A stretch of DNA of 64,000 nucleotides from Dictyostelium discoideum. Lineage: Eukaryota. Both the position numbers and the translations under genes were made by a program. The stretch's first letter is position 1. Each line of letters opens with the position of its first letter. Where the stretch lies: positions 3,008,001 to 3,072,000 of the forward strand of contig CM000153.2 in the NCBI GenBank assembly GCA_000004695.1, in the 5' to 3' direction. The notes under the pieces were generated by a model. That model did no database searches, was not told where the DNA came from, and saw only the letters and a program-made list of their open reading frames with translations. This document shows positions 1 through 14,478 of the stretch, piece after piece.

Positions 1-2018
1 GTTATATCATACAATGCTGCATCTGCATTTCTAACCAATGCTGATGTAGTTTTACGATGTGCTTTGTATGGAGTATTACTCTTGAATTTTGATTTCTAAG
101 GTTTGATTTTTTTTTTTTTTTTTTTAATATTATTTAATAATTAAACAAATAAAGATTAATTAATATAATAATAATAATAATAATAATTTTAGATGATTAG
201 ATACAATATTAATAATGGTTTTAAAAGTAGTGGTATTTTAGAGAAAGAATAAAAGAGTTAGAAATTAATTAAATTAAAATTTTATGTAAAGAAAAATAAA
301 ATAATAAAAAAAAAAAAATAAAAAAAAAAAATTATCTAAACAAATAAAGAATTATTATTGACTTTGGGTGTGGGTTTTATTTTTTATTTTTTATTTTTTT
401 TTTTCAACACAACAATCACAAATACATCACTGAAAAAAAAAAAAAAAAAACTAAAGTCTGCAACTATTTGCAACTAAATTAATCCAAAACTAATTTAATT
501 TAAATTTATTTTTTTTATTATTAATTTTAATTTTATTATAACAAAAACAAAGAAAAAAAAAAACACAATCATAAAATAAAAATAAACACAATGTATACAT
601 ACAAAAGTATTAAAACTATATTATTATATAAAATGGGTAATTATGTGTAATTTTGTGGAATAAATAAAAATAAATAACAAATTTTATATATATAAAAGAT
701 AGATGAATTTAAATAAATAATAATAAAATAATTGTGTTTTTTTTTTTTTTTAATGCTTATATAATTTATTTTTCTTTTTTAAAATAACAAATAAAATAAA
801 ATAAAATTAAAGTAATATGTTTTTTTTTTATTTTTTTTATTTTAAAAACACAACTAAAACACTCGTTTATATTTAAATAGTAATATAAATAAAATGATGA
901 TATTGAAAATAAATTAATTTACAAAAAATGTAAAAAGCAAATTTGTGTCATTGAAAAAGGGTGAGTTTAAATAAGTAATACACACGCATTGATTTTATAT
1001 TTTTTTTTTGAAAAATAAAATTAACAAAAAACATGGTACACTTTAATATATATGGTGGTGATAAGAATAGGTGAAATGCGAATATCTATATATTATTTTA
1101 TTTTTATTAAAAAAAAAAAAAATAAAGGGTGAAAAACAAAATAATGCCAAATTTATATAAAATTATTTGTATTGGGGACACACACACACATAAATAGTCC
1201 CTTAAAAGATAAAAAAATTATATAGATACTATTAATTATAGTAATTTAATCTTAAAAATAAATTTTTTATATTTTTTATATTTTTTTTTTTTTTTTGAGT
1301 GATTGTGAATAATAAACAAATAAAAAAAAAATGCCCGAAAGTGGATAAAAAAAAAAAAATTCTAAGATTAAAAGTAATTATAGAGGAAAAAAAAAAAAAA
1401 AAAAAAAAACATATAATTATGGTAAAAACAAAATAGTATAATTAAATGTGTATATTGGATTTTATTAAAAGAATATATGAATATATATATGTATGTGATT
1501 GGTATATATAAATTTTTTTTTTTTTTTTTTTTTTTTCTTAATACTTACATCATCATTTTGGTCATAAGAGATTGATTCTAAATAAATTTTGCTTGACATT
1601 TCTAGATTAATATATTACAATATTTTTTTTTTAATTTAATTCTTTTATTTAATTGAATTTAATTTATTTTTTTATTTATTTTTATTTTTCTGTTGCAATT
1701 AAATTAATTGTATAATAAAATGTTTTGTTTTGAAAATAAAAAAAAGTAAAAAATTTTTTTTTTTTTTTTTATAATTTTTTTTTTTTATTTTCAATATTCG
1801 TCCGTTAAAGGGTATAATTCAATTAAAAGGGCAAATTTATAATAAACAAATTATGTTTTAAAATTGGAAAAAAAACTGTGAGTTTAAAAATTTAAATTTT
1901 AAAGCGCCAATCCCATTTCTTTTTTTTTTATTTTTTTTTTTATTTTTTATTTTCATTTTTTTTTTTCAAAAATTTTCAAAAAAAAAAAAAAAATCAAAAA
2001 AAAGTAATAAAACAAAGA

Positions 2019-5081
<3,063 letters not shown>

Positions 5082-5565
5082 GAAAAAAAATAAAAAAAAA
5101 TACTTTAAATTTTTAAACTGCATCTTATTTTTTTTTTTTTTTAAAAAATTATTTGAATTGTTTTTATTTTTTATTTATATAAATATATATTATTTTTTTT
5201 TTTTTTTTATTCTATTTTTATTACAACTAATTGTTATTTTACAGTATTTGTTTGGTAAGATAATTTTACTAACCACAATGTAACCTCAAAAAAAAAAAAA
5301 ACAAAACCTCAACCACACATTAATTTTAGGAAGTTTTTTATTAAATTTTAAGCGATTGATGCTAAATTTAAATTTTCTTTTTTTATTTTATTTTATCCAC
5401 CACATCACTTCAAACCTCAACAGTTATTTTTTTATTTTTTTATTTTTTTTTAATTCTTTTTTATTTTTTTTTATTTTATTCTTTTTTTTATTTTTTTTTA
5501 TTTTTTTTTTTTTATTTTTTATTTTTTTATTGATTATATTATAATTATTATTGTTTTTAATTTTA

Positions 5566-5636
<71 letters not shown>

Positions 5637-5769
5637 TTATTATTTTTATTTTATTTATTATTATTACTATTATTTTATTTTTTTAAAAATAGATAATTAT
5701 CCAATTATTATCTATACAAAAAAAAATAAATAAATTATATATTTATAAATTATTTACAAAAGAACAAAA

Positions 5770-6452
5770 ATGTATAATATTGAAAATAACAGTATCTTAA
5801 TTGATAATGAAACATTTAGTTATAAAAAAACAATAAGGGATAATAGTATATATAGATCAATAATAATTGGAATTATAATTTTCCTTTTAAATAATTTTTT
5901 GAAGGTAAATAATTTTTTTTTATTTTTTTTTTTTCTTTATTTTTTTTTCATCCTTTCTCACTATTTTTTTTATTTTTTAAAATTAGAATTTCAGTAATTC
6001 AGAGATCGTATTAGGTTTATCGCCTAAATTTAAAATATTATTGTTTATAATTTCATTAATTTCAAGTTTATTTGTTACTATATTAATTTCAAAAACCTGT
6101 AAAAAAATATCATTAATAATTCCATCAATTTTTCTATACTTTTTATTTTTAACAAATTGTTATATTCAATTTCGTCAAGACAATGGCAATGCTAATATAA
6201 CAGGAGAATTAAACCAAAATGGTGATATTAGTACAATTAGTGGTAGTAGTAGTAGTGGCAGTAATATTGATGGCCAATTTAAAAATGATATAAATAAACA
6301 GATATTGGTAACTGTTATCTCAATAGTTTCAATAATCATGTCACCATTTTTCATTCAATATTTTTGGGTATCAACAATCGAATTTATAATTAAAATTTCA
6401 AATCAATCAAATATTGGATTACATTTTGGTATTGTATGTGTCATTTTTATTG

Positions 6453-6488
<36 letters not shown>

Positions 6489-7638
6489 ATTTTTTAATTT
6501 ATTATTATTAAAATTATAGATTTTAGGGTTACCAGATTTTTTAGATTCATTATTTTCATATTTAGTCAAACATTTTACATTAAATAATTATTATGAATTT
6601 GGTTTAATATTTATTATACCAATAATCATTTTAATTTTATTATTAGGTAAAACCAGTATTACTTGTAATAAATTTGATAAAATCTGTTTTGATAGTAATA
6701 GCTTTTTTGATGGAAAGCAAATTCAATATCAACAATATCAACAACATCATCACCACCATCAACAACAACAACAACATCATAATAATCAAATTCAAAATAA
6801 TGAAATACCATTACCAAGATCAATTCAAATAAAAAGTAATCCAATAATTTCAACAATTAAATTAATGAAAAAAAAAGAATTTATTCATATGGTACCAGTT
6901 ATATTATTATATGGGTTTATTGGGAATTGGTTAAATTATGAACTTTTTGATGAAATTATTTTAGGGTATAAAGCATCTACACAATTCATTATAATCTCAC
7001 ATTTAATTAGTAGTTGTTTATGTTTTACAATTTTTGGATACTTTAGTTATAAATTTAAAAGAACTTTAATTATAATTTCAGTTTTATTGGTTGGTATAAT
7101 CGGTTCAGTTATAAATGTTTTAGTCATTTATTATGAAATTGAGCTATTAGAAAAAAATACATCTTTATATTTCTCAAGTTTATTATTCATTCAAATGATA
7201 TACTATTTAATTGGAATTCAAATTTATAGTCATATATCACACTTGTTTGAAGATAAATTCAATTCATTATATTCTTCATCATCGGCATCAGCAACAGCAG
7301 CAGCAGGGGCAGAAATATCATCAGCAATAATATTCTCATCAAATTATTCATTTTTATCATCAGAATTATCAATACCAATACCAGAATTATTTTCATATTA
7401 TTCACCATTATCAATTTCAGCTGCAATTAAATTCACTCAAATATTTGGTAGTTCAATTCTTTACTTTGTTTATAATTGGTCCACTTTTTTCATTAGATTT
7501 ATTGTTTTCATTGTGTTATTAATTATTGGAACTTTAAGTTTCATTCATTCAATTAAACATTTATCAAAGAAAAGTAATCAATTTAAACAATTTTTAATTT
7601 TAAATTCAAATGATGATGAAGAATATAATGGTTTTTAA
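5770..7638 (+). CDS. Predicted polytopic membrane protein of unknown function. Three exons (5770-5904, 5987-6433, 6520-7638), about 567 aa, with a Q/H-rich loop.
   Basis: The three ORF-track segments join in frame. Exon 1 ends at AAG|GTAAAT (5904/5905). Exon 2 runs from aattag|AAT at 5987 to ATT|GTATGT at 6433, which is 447 nt (149 codons). Exon 3 starts after tatag| at 6520 and is in frame with ORF 6865-7638. It has many hydrophobic helices and a QQYQQHHHHHQQQQQHH loop. I found no recognisable conserved domain. Confidence 0.45.
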
Positions 7639-7671
7639 TAATAAAAAAACCATTGTTTATTTGTATAAAAA

Positions 7672-8490
7672 AAAAAAGATTTAAATTATTTTTGTTAAAT
7701 AGTTTTATTTTATTATTTTTTTATTGTTTTTTATTTTTTTTTTAAAAACATTACTACTTATAATAACATCTTATTATAATAACTTATTAAATCTGTTTGG
7801 GTGGCGAATCATGTTTTTATCTTGATCATAAGGGCATCAGTTCTAACATTGGGGAATGATTTGTTTTCTACTTGAGTTTGGGATAACAAAATGAATGTAT
7901 ACCTAAATTTCCATAATCATTGTTAAAGAAATCTTGTGAATTTGGTACTGCATTCAATAGAGATCACCTGAACCAATAAACGTTTGACATTTGTTATTTA
8001 AGAAAGTATAATAACATTTGGTAATGGTTTTACAATATAGGGGCATGGGGATCCAATGACAGATCTCCAAAAAAGAAAAAGCCCAAGTAAATTGACCGCG
8101 CTGGTAACTTTGTCACCCCTCACTGGCAGCTGGACATTATCACTATTCCTTACTATCAACCTATCTCCACATTACTTTCTATTGGCAGTGAATGGGAGAT
8201 ACAGGAGGACAGGATAGCCACTGGTATAGTTAATCTTACTTAGGAGGCTTCATTTGGAATAAGTATTACCATTTGCGTTTGTTACTTGACTCATTAGTTT
8301 AATGACATTAACAATTTTGTTAAAAAAATATAATTAAAAAATGAAAAAATTCTAAAACCAATAGACTAAGGTAGATAAACAAAAAAAAAAAGATTTTAAA
8401 TAATTTAAATAATTTTATTTGTATGTTTTTTTTATATTTTTTTTTTATTTCATTTTTAAACATTACTACTAATAATAACATTATCAATAA
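7672..8490. repeat. A roughly 610-bp GC-richer non-coding segment (7776-8387) bracketed by about 100-bp imperfect direct repeats (7672-7775 and 8388-8490). It is a candidate transposon or solo-LTR-like remnant.
   Basis: Left copy: aaaaaaaaaaagatttaaattatttttgttaaatag...ttttttttttaaaaacattactacttataataacat. Right copy: aaaaaaaaaaagattttaaataatttaaataatttt...tttcatttttaaacattactactaataataacat. The interior is about 40% GC, has no ORF longer than 60 aa and no internal repeats. The composition is foreign to the surrounding sequence, which is 80-85% AT. Confidence 0.4.
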
Positions 8491-8788
8491 ATCTATGAAA
8501 TATATTTGAATAGAATATTTCAATGGTTATATTATCATTTCCAGGGAAATATTTTTCATCTCTATAAACTAAATAAAATCTAAGAGGTATTTTATTATTA
8601 TATAACTCATCATTAAATATTTTTATTTCTTTTTCTATTTTTTTATACTATTTTGTTTGTTTTTTGTTTTTTAAAATAAAATAAAATTTTAAAGATATAA
8701 ATTAATATCTTATTTTAAATCTAATAATAAAATAAAAAAAAACCACTCTTTTTTTTTTTATTTTTTTATTTTTTTTTTTTAAATGTGT

Positions 8789-9454
8789 TTAAAAACTTAC
8801 TATTCTCATTCTTCTTGAATCAGATAGAAATAAGAAAAATAAAATTGCGCAAAAACCAACCCATATAATACAAAAAATCACAAATGATCCTAATGGGTAG
8901 ACATATGATAAACCAAAAGTAACACCAGGAGATGTAATTAATATAATTAGTACTATTATTAATACTATATTATGAGTGGTTGGATCGTGTAATCTATTTA
9001 AACTTTTAATAAATCTATTGTAATCTCCTTGTGAAATTAAATTCGATATTTCTCTTGGAACTCTACTACGATTTTTTTGAAAATATTCTCTAACACTACC
9101 ATGAACTTTTAATTCCACCCTTTTATATTGTTCTTTATATAAATTATATATACTAATTTTATTTACATCTATTATTGGCTCAATATTATTATTTAAATTA
9201 TTATTATTATTATTATAATTAATTGAATTATTATTTATTGAACTATCTAAACTTTTATTCATTAAATCATTATTTGGCTTTAAAATTGTATCATGACTTT
9301 TACTAATACTATTATTTAAATCGTTACTTATAATACTATTATTTATATCGTTATTTGAATTTTCATTATGATTTATATTATTATTTATATTATTATTATT
9401 AATTCCTATATCACTTAATTTTTTTTCATCAATCATGGTGATTTCTTTTATCAA
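8789..9454 (-). CDS. Small Asn-rich two-TM protein, paralog 1 of a local three-gene family.
   Basis: It has a long N-rich N-terminus. The conserved juxtamembrane block RVPREISNLISQGDYNRFIKSLNRLHDP is followed by two hydrophobic helices. It shares this architecture with the ORFs at 10468-10983 and 11759-12199. Confidence 0.5.
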   Translation of the reverse strand: MIKEITMIDEKKLSDIGINNNNINNNINHNENSNNDINNSIISNDLNNSISKSHDTILKPNNDLMNKSLDSSINNNSINYNNNNNNLNNNIEPIIDVNKISIYNLYKEQYKRVELKVHGSVREYFQKNRSRVPREISNLISQGDYNRFIKSLNRLHDPTTHNIVLIIVLIILITSPGVTFGLSYVYPLGSFVIFCIIWVGFCAILFFLFLSDSRRMRIVSF

Positions 9455-10467
9455 GAAAAAAAAAAAAAAAGGTTTTCCTTTTTTTTTTTTTTTTTTTTTA
9501 TAATTTATAAATATTATTATTTATTATTATTTTGTTATAAATATTTATAATTAATAAAAAATAAATTTTAAAAATAAATTTTAAAAATAAAAAAAAATAA
9601 ATTAAAAAGAATATGAAACACAATTATATTTTTTAATTATTTTTATTTTTTTTATTTTTTTTTATATAACAATTATAAATTTATATTGAGAGTCTTTTTA
9701 AATAATAATTAATTTAAATATTGTGAGTGTAATTTAAATTATTGCACAATAAAAAAAAAATTATAATTATTTTCAAATTGTAAAATATCAAAAAATACTT
9801 TTTTAATTTTTTCACACACAAACACTATCTCTCATTTTGTCTTTGTTTTTTTTTTTTTGTACTTGGTGGTAGTGAAATTTAAAAAAACAAATAAAAATAA
9901 ATAAAAAATAAATAAAAAAAAAAAAAAAAAAAAAAATTAAAAATTACAAAAAATAATTGTATTATATCTTGTTGGCCACGCCCACATAAATTATATATAT
10001 ATATAATATATATTATAATTTATATATATATATAATTATTTTGCGATTTATATTGTTTTTCAATATTATACAACCACGTGACCTGTAAAATCCAACATAT
10101 CATTTCTTATATATATATTTTATAAAAAAAAAATGAAACATAGGTTTATTTTTATATTTATAATTTTTTATTTGTGGTGATAGTAATTTATCATAGATAG
10201 AGATATATATCATACAAAAATGTTTATTTTATTTTTTATACTTTTATTTATTTTTTGTTTTTATTCATTTATAAAAGTAACTTCAATTGAAATTTTATCA
10301 AAACCAGGTACAACATGATTCTCTTTATAAATTAATCTGAATAAAATAGGTATTTTTTTATTTATTAAAAAGGAATTATAATTTAAAATAATTTCTTCAA
10401 TTTTATAATTCTTTTTTTTATATAATACAAAATATGTTAATATTACTATATTTATAAATAAAATAAA

Positions 10468-10983
10468 TTATTTAAAATTTATACAAACAATTCTTTTTTC
10501 AATTAATCCATTGGTTAAAATAAATATTGCAATATAAAATAATAAAGTTAAACAAATTCCAAATGCAAGTCTAGGTGAAAATGTGAATACTATAAAGAAT
10601 AACGGAATAATCAATATCATTGATAATATCATTAAAATTAACATTATTTGATAATAAATAGGTAATCTTTTATTATTTATTTTAACAATAAATTGTTTAT
10701 ATAATTCTTCCTCAACAATTAAATGTTGGATTTCATTTGGTATTTCATTTGAAAAATAATTTTTATATGTCCCATTTGGTTGGATTTCAAATGTTAATAT
10801 ATTATTTTCATTTATACTTTCATTAAAACTACTTTTTAAACACTTTTTAATAGAACTATTACTATTATTATTATTATTATTATTAATATTATTTTTATTA
10901 AAAACTATAGTATTTTTTATTTCAATTTCACAAATTTGGTCTTTAATATTTAAATTTTGGTTTTCTGTGATTAAGTTATTCAT
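10468..10983 (-). CDS. Small Asn-rich two-TM protein, paralog 2.
   Basis: The block IPNEIQHLIVEEELYKQFIVKINNKRLP is followed by two TM helices. It is on the same strand as its neighbours and in the same order. Confidence 0.45.
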   Translation of the reverse strand: MNNLITENQNLNIKDQICEIEIKNTIVFNKNNINNNNNNNSNSSIKKCLKSSFNESINENNILTFEIQPNGTYKNYFSNEIPNEIQHLIVEEELYKQFIVKINNKRLPIYYQIMLILMILSMILIIPLFFIVFTFSPRLAFGICLTLLFYIAIFILTNGLIEKRIVCINFK

Positions 10984-11559
10984 TTATTATTTTAATTATT
11001 ATTAGAAATAGAATTTTTTTATTTTTTTATTTTTTTTTATTTTTTTTTTTTAAAAATAATAAAATATAATAAATGGATTTAAAATAATTTTAAATATTAT
11101 TGGTTTGAATGTCATATATATTTACATTCACCATTTATTTGTTCAATTAATATTTTAAATAAAAAAACAAATAAATAAAAAAAAAAAAAACACTAAAAAT
11201 TTTAACCCCTAAATCCATGTATCATTTAAAAATAAATGTTATCATTTTTTAATGTTACCATTTTAATTTTATTGTTAATTTATGATTGGATATTTTAATT
11301 TCCAATTGTTCATATTTTATATTCATAATCATAATAAATTCTATATACCGGTTGTACTCTTTAAATTCAAAAAAGTTTGTTAAATATTGAATGATTACAT
11401 TCTAACTCCTCTTATTTACTATTATGGTCTATCTTTTATATTTATAATTATAAAAATATTTTTTAATCTCATTTTTTATAAATTAAATAAAATATAGCAA
11501 TAAACTGCGGTTGAAAAATCAAAAATAAAACCAATGATATTGAAATTTAGAAATGTAAT

Positions 11560-11659
11560 NNNNNNNNNNNNNNNNNNNNNNNNNNNNNNNNNNNNNNNNN
11601 NNNNNNNNNNNNNNNNNNNNNNNNNNNNNNNNNNNNNNNNNNNNNNNNNNNNNNNNNNN
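11560..11659. other. Assembly gap of 100 N, which is an unknown-size scaffold gap.
   Basis: A run of exactly 100 N characters. Confidence 0.99.
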
Positions 11660-11758
11660 TCCAATTCAATTTGGTCATCCTTTTTTATATTTTAATATAT
11701 TTTATGTTTTTAGTATTTTTACTTTTAAATTTTATTATTATTATTATTTTTATTAATA

Positions 11759-12199
11759 TTATTTAATAAAATTATCAAAACAAACATTTTTATTTCTATA
11801 TCCTGAAAAAATTAAAAAACATGTAATAAATACTGGGATGGCTCCAAATGGTATAATATAATATAGAGAATGATTTTTAAAAACTAAAAAAAAAACCAAT
11901 GGGAAAATTAAAATTGTTGTTATGAATATTAAAATTATTAAAATAAAAATATATTTTGGATGAATTAGTTTATTTATTTTTTTAATAAATTCATAGTATC
12001 TATTAGGATTTATTAAATTTGAAATTTCTTTTGGAACATTTTTATTAAAATTATTAAAAAGCTTCGTTGAGCTTTTAAGTATTATAATTTCTTCTTCATC
12101 ATTTATTTTATTTTCGCTAATATAATTATTATTATTAATATTTGTAGTTTTATTATTATTATTATTATTATTATTAATATTATTTTTATCAACAGACAT
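11759..12199 (-). CDS. Small Asn-rich two-TM protein, paralog 3.
   Basis: The block NVPKEISNLINPNRYYEFIKKINKLIHP is followed by two TM helices. It is the member most similar to paralog 1 in the conserved motif. Confidence 0.5.
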   Translation of the reverse strand: MSVDKNNINNNNNNNNKTTNINNNNYISENKINDEEEIIILKSSTKLFNNFNKNVPKEISNLINPNRYYEFIKKINKLIHPKYIFILIILIFITTILIFPLVFFLVFKNHSLYYIIPFGAIPVFITCFLIFSGYRNKNVCFDNFIK

Positions 12200-12237
12200 T
12201 CCTATTTAACAATAAATATTAAATTAAAACTTTAAAT

Positions 12238-12294
<57 letters not shown>

Positions 12295-12688
12295 TAAAAT
12301 TTATGGGGGTAGAAAAAAATTTTGAAAAAAACCAATTAAAAATGGATCCTTAAACAATAATTTTTTTTTTTTTTTTAAATTCAAAAAATTTTTTAATTTT
12401 CTTTTAATTTTGGAATAAGTTAAAAAAATTTTTTTTTTTTTAGTTTTATTTACTAATTTATTTATTAAAAAAAAAATAAAAATAATAATAATAATAATAA
12501 AATTTTTTGGGTTTTTTTATTTAAAAATTCAATAAAATTTTTAATTTTAATTTTTTTTTTTCAACCTCCCCACCATAAAAAAAGATTATTTTAATTTTTA
12601 TTAAGGAGCACCGGCTGGGAATTTTTTTTTTTTTTTTTTTTTGAGTCATTAAAAAAAGTGTATTTTCATTTTTTTTTTTTTTTTTTTT

Positions 12689-12780
12689 AAATGCTTTGTC
12701 ATTTGTTTTTTAAATGCTTTGTCATTTGTTTTTTAAATGCTTTGTCATTTGTTTTTTAAATGCTTTGTCATTTGTTTTTT
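12689..12780. repeat. Perfect 4 x 23-bp tandem repeat (aaatgctttgtcatttgtttttt) in a divergent promoter region.
   Basis: There are four exact head-to-tail copies at 12689, 12712, 12735 and 12758. They sit about 90 bp upstream of the ATG at 12871 and about 490 bp upstream of the minus-strand ATG at 12199. An A50 tract lies at 12240-12290. Confidence 0.9.
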
Positions 12781-12870
12781 ATAGTTTAGATAAAAAAAAA
12801 AAAATGTATAAATTATAATTTTTATACCAAAATTATTAATTGAAAAATTAAAAATAAATAAATAAATAAA

Positions 12871-14010
12871 ATGAAATTAGTTAATATTTTTATAATGCTT
12901 GTTATTTTTTTAATAACATTTTCTGTATATAATAAAATTTATCCAAATAATAGTAATACTAGTAGTAGTAGTAGTAGTAGCAGTAGTAAATATGAAGATT
13001 TTCAAATAAATAAAGAAATAAAAAACCAAGATTATTGTAGAATTGAGTCAATGGATTTTTCAAAATTAAATGAAGAATTAATAATAGAGAATAGAGGTAT
13101 TGCTGATATTATTGTTGGTGATAAAGATATAGAAAACATTAATTATATTGGTTTAGATTCATTTAAATGTTCATTAGGATTCAATGGAATTTATTTGACA
13201 CCATCAAATATTTGGAATGTCATAATTTTAGGTTTAAATAAATTGGTTAACCCAATGAAATACTCTTCATTAATTAATGAAAAGGATCAAACTTTAATAT
13301 TACAAAATTCAATTTTTAAAAATAATAATAATAATAATAATGATCAAATTGAAAAGATTTTAATTGAAGAAATATCAAAAAAAATAAATCCAACTTTCAA
13401 ACAACTCTTAATACCAAAATTTGAATCATCAACATTAAAAGATGGATTAATATTTTTAACAAATGCAATTGGAAAGAGGAATGGTGTATATGATTATGGT
13501 ATGATAGATTGTAAGGTTCCTTCATGTTATGTTAATGAAAGTTTGCCAAAGGATATTCAAATTTTGGGTAATATAGAAGATTATGAAAAAATGTTGATTA
13601 ATATTAAATCGATTTATGATCTTTTATATGAAGATTTTAATTTGGATGATACATCATTCAAACTTTTTGAATGGTATGGAAAGAATACATTCATTATAGA
13701 ATCTATTATCAAATATATGCGTGATAAGTCATTTAAAAATATGGATTTATATTATTTTATTAATAAATTCCATTCATCAAATTCACTAAATGGTTTTTTA
13801 AATGATGCAAGAGGTTTTTCATATATTCCAATTGAAATTGTGAATGGAACTGATTTAGTGTATCCAACAGGAACAAAAATAAATTTATTTGCTGGTCATT
13901 TTGCTTCAAATATCTTATTACCAAAATCTATTCATGGTGGTTTAGCAATCGTGGAACCTACAATCAATTGGGTCATTACAAAATATCGAATGTTCAGTTC
14001 AATAATTTAA
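12871..14010 (+). CDS. Secreted protein of unknown function, 379 aa, single exon.
   Basis: It has an N-terminal signal peptide (MKLVNIFIMLVIFLITFSVYN), a poly-Ser tract and several Cys residues. I recognised no conserved domain. Confidence 0.45.
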   Translation: MKLVNIFIMLVIFLITFSVYNKIYPNNSNTSSSSSSSSSKYEDFQINKEIKNQDYCRIESMDFSKLNEELIIENRGIADIIVGDKDIENINYIGLDSFKCSLGFNGIYLTPSNIWNVIILGLNKLVNPMKYSSLINEKDQTLILQNSIFKNNNNNNNDQIEKILIEEISKKINPTFKQLLIPKFESSTLKDGLIFLTNAIGKRNGVYDYGMIDCKVPSCYVNESLPKDIQILGNIEDYEKMLINIKSIYDLLYEDFNLDDTSFKLFEWYGKNTFIIESIIKYMRDKSFKNMDLYYFINKFHSSNSLNGFLNDARGFSYIPIEIVNGTDLVYPTGTKINLFAGHFASNILLPKSIHGGLAIVEPTINWVITKYRMFSSII

Positions 14011-14478
14011 TATATATATATATTTTTTTTTTTATAATTTTTTGTTTTTTAATTCCTTTCAAAATTTTAATAATGAACTGCTCAAGAACAATTAAATTTT
14101 TTTTTTAAATAAAAAAAAATAATAATAAATAATAAATAATAAAATTATTCATTTGAAAAAAAAGAAGAAAAATTAGCTTAATAATTCTTTGTTTTTATTT
14201 GATTTCTTATTTATTTATTTTTTTTTTTTTTTTTTGACAATTATTCTAAATTCCCTTATTAGTACAAAGATTTTTAGAATAACATAACTGATCATTTTAA
14301 TTTTTTATTTTTTTATTTTTTTTTTTATTTTTTTTATTTTTTTTAATTTTTTATTAAAAGTTGTGTTTGTTGTGTCATAAAAATGATAATTATCACCCTT
14401 TTTTTTTTTTTTTTTTTTCAATTGTTTTTTTATATAAATAGATCTATTATAAAGAAATAATTATTTTTTTTTAAAAAA

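Noticed and set aside
5356-5733. Two plus-strand ORFs encoding poly-Phe and poly-Tyr peptides.
   Set aside because: They arise from translating the T-rich and (ATT)n microsatellite sequence that lies between anapc4 and the next gene. There is no complexity or gene context.
11476-11664. 62-aa ORF containing a run of X residues.
   Set aside because: It spans the 100-N assembly gap and is not interpretable.
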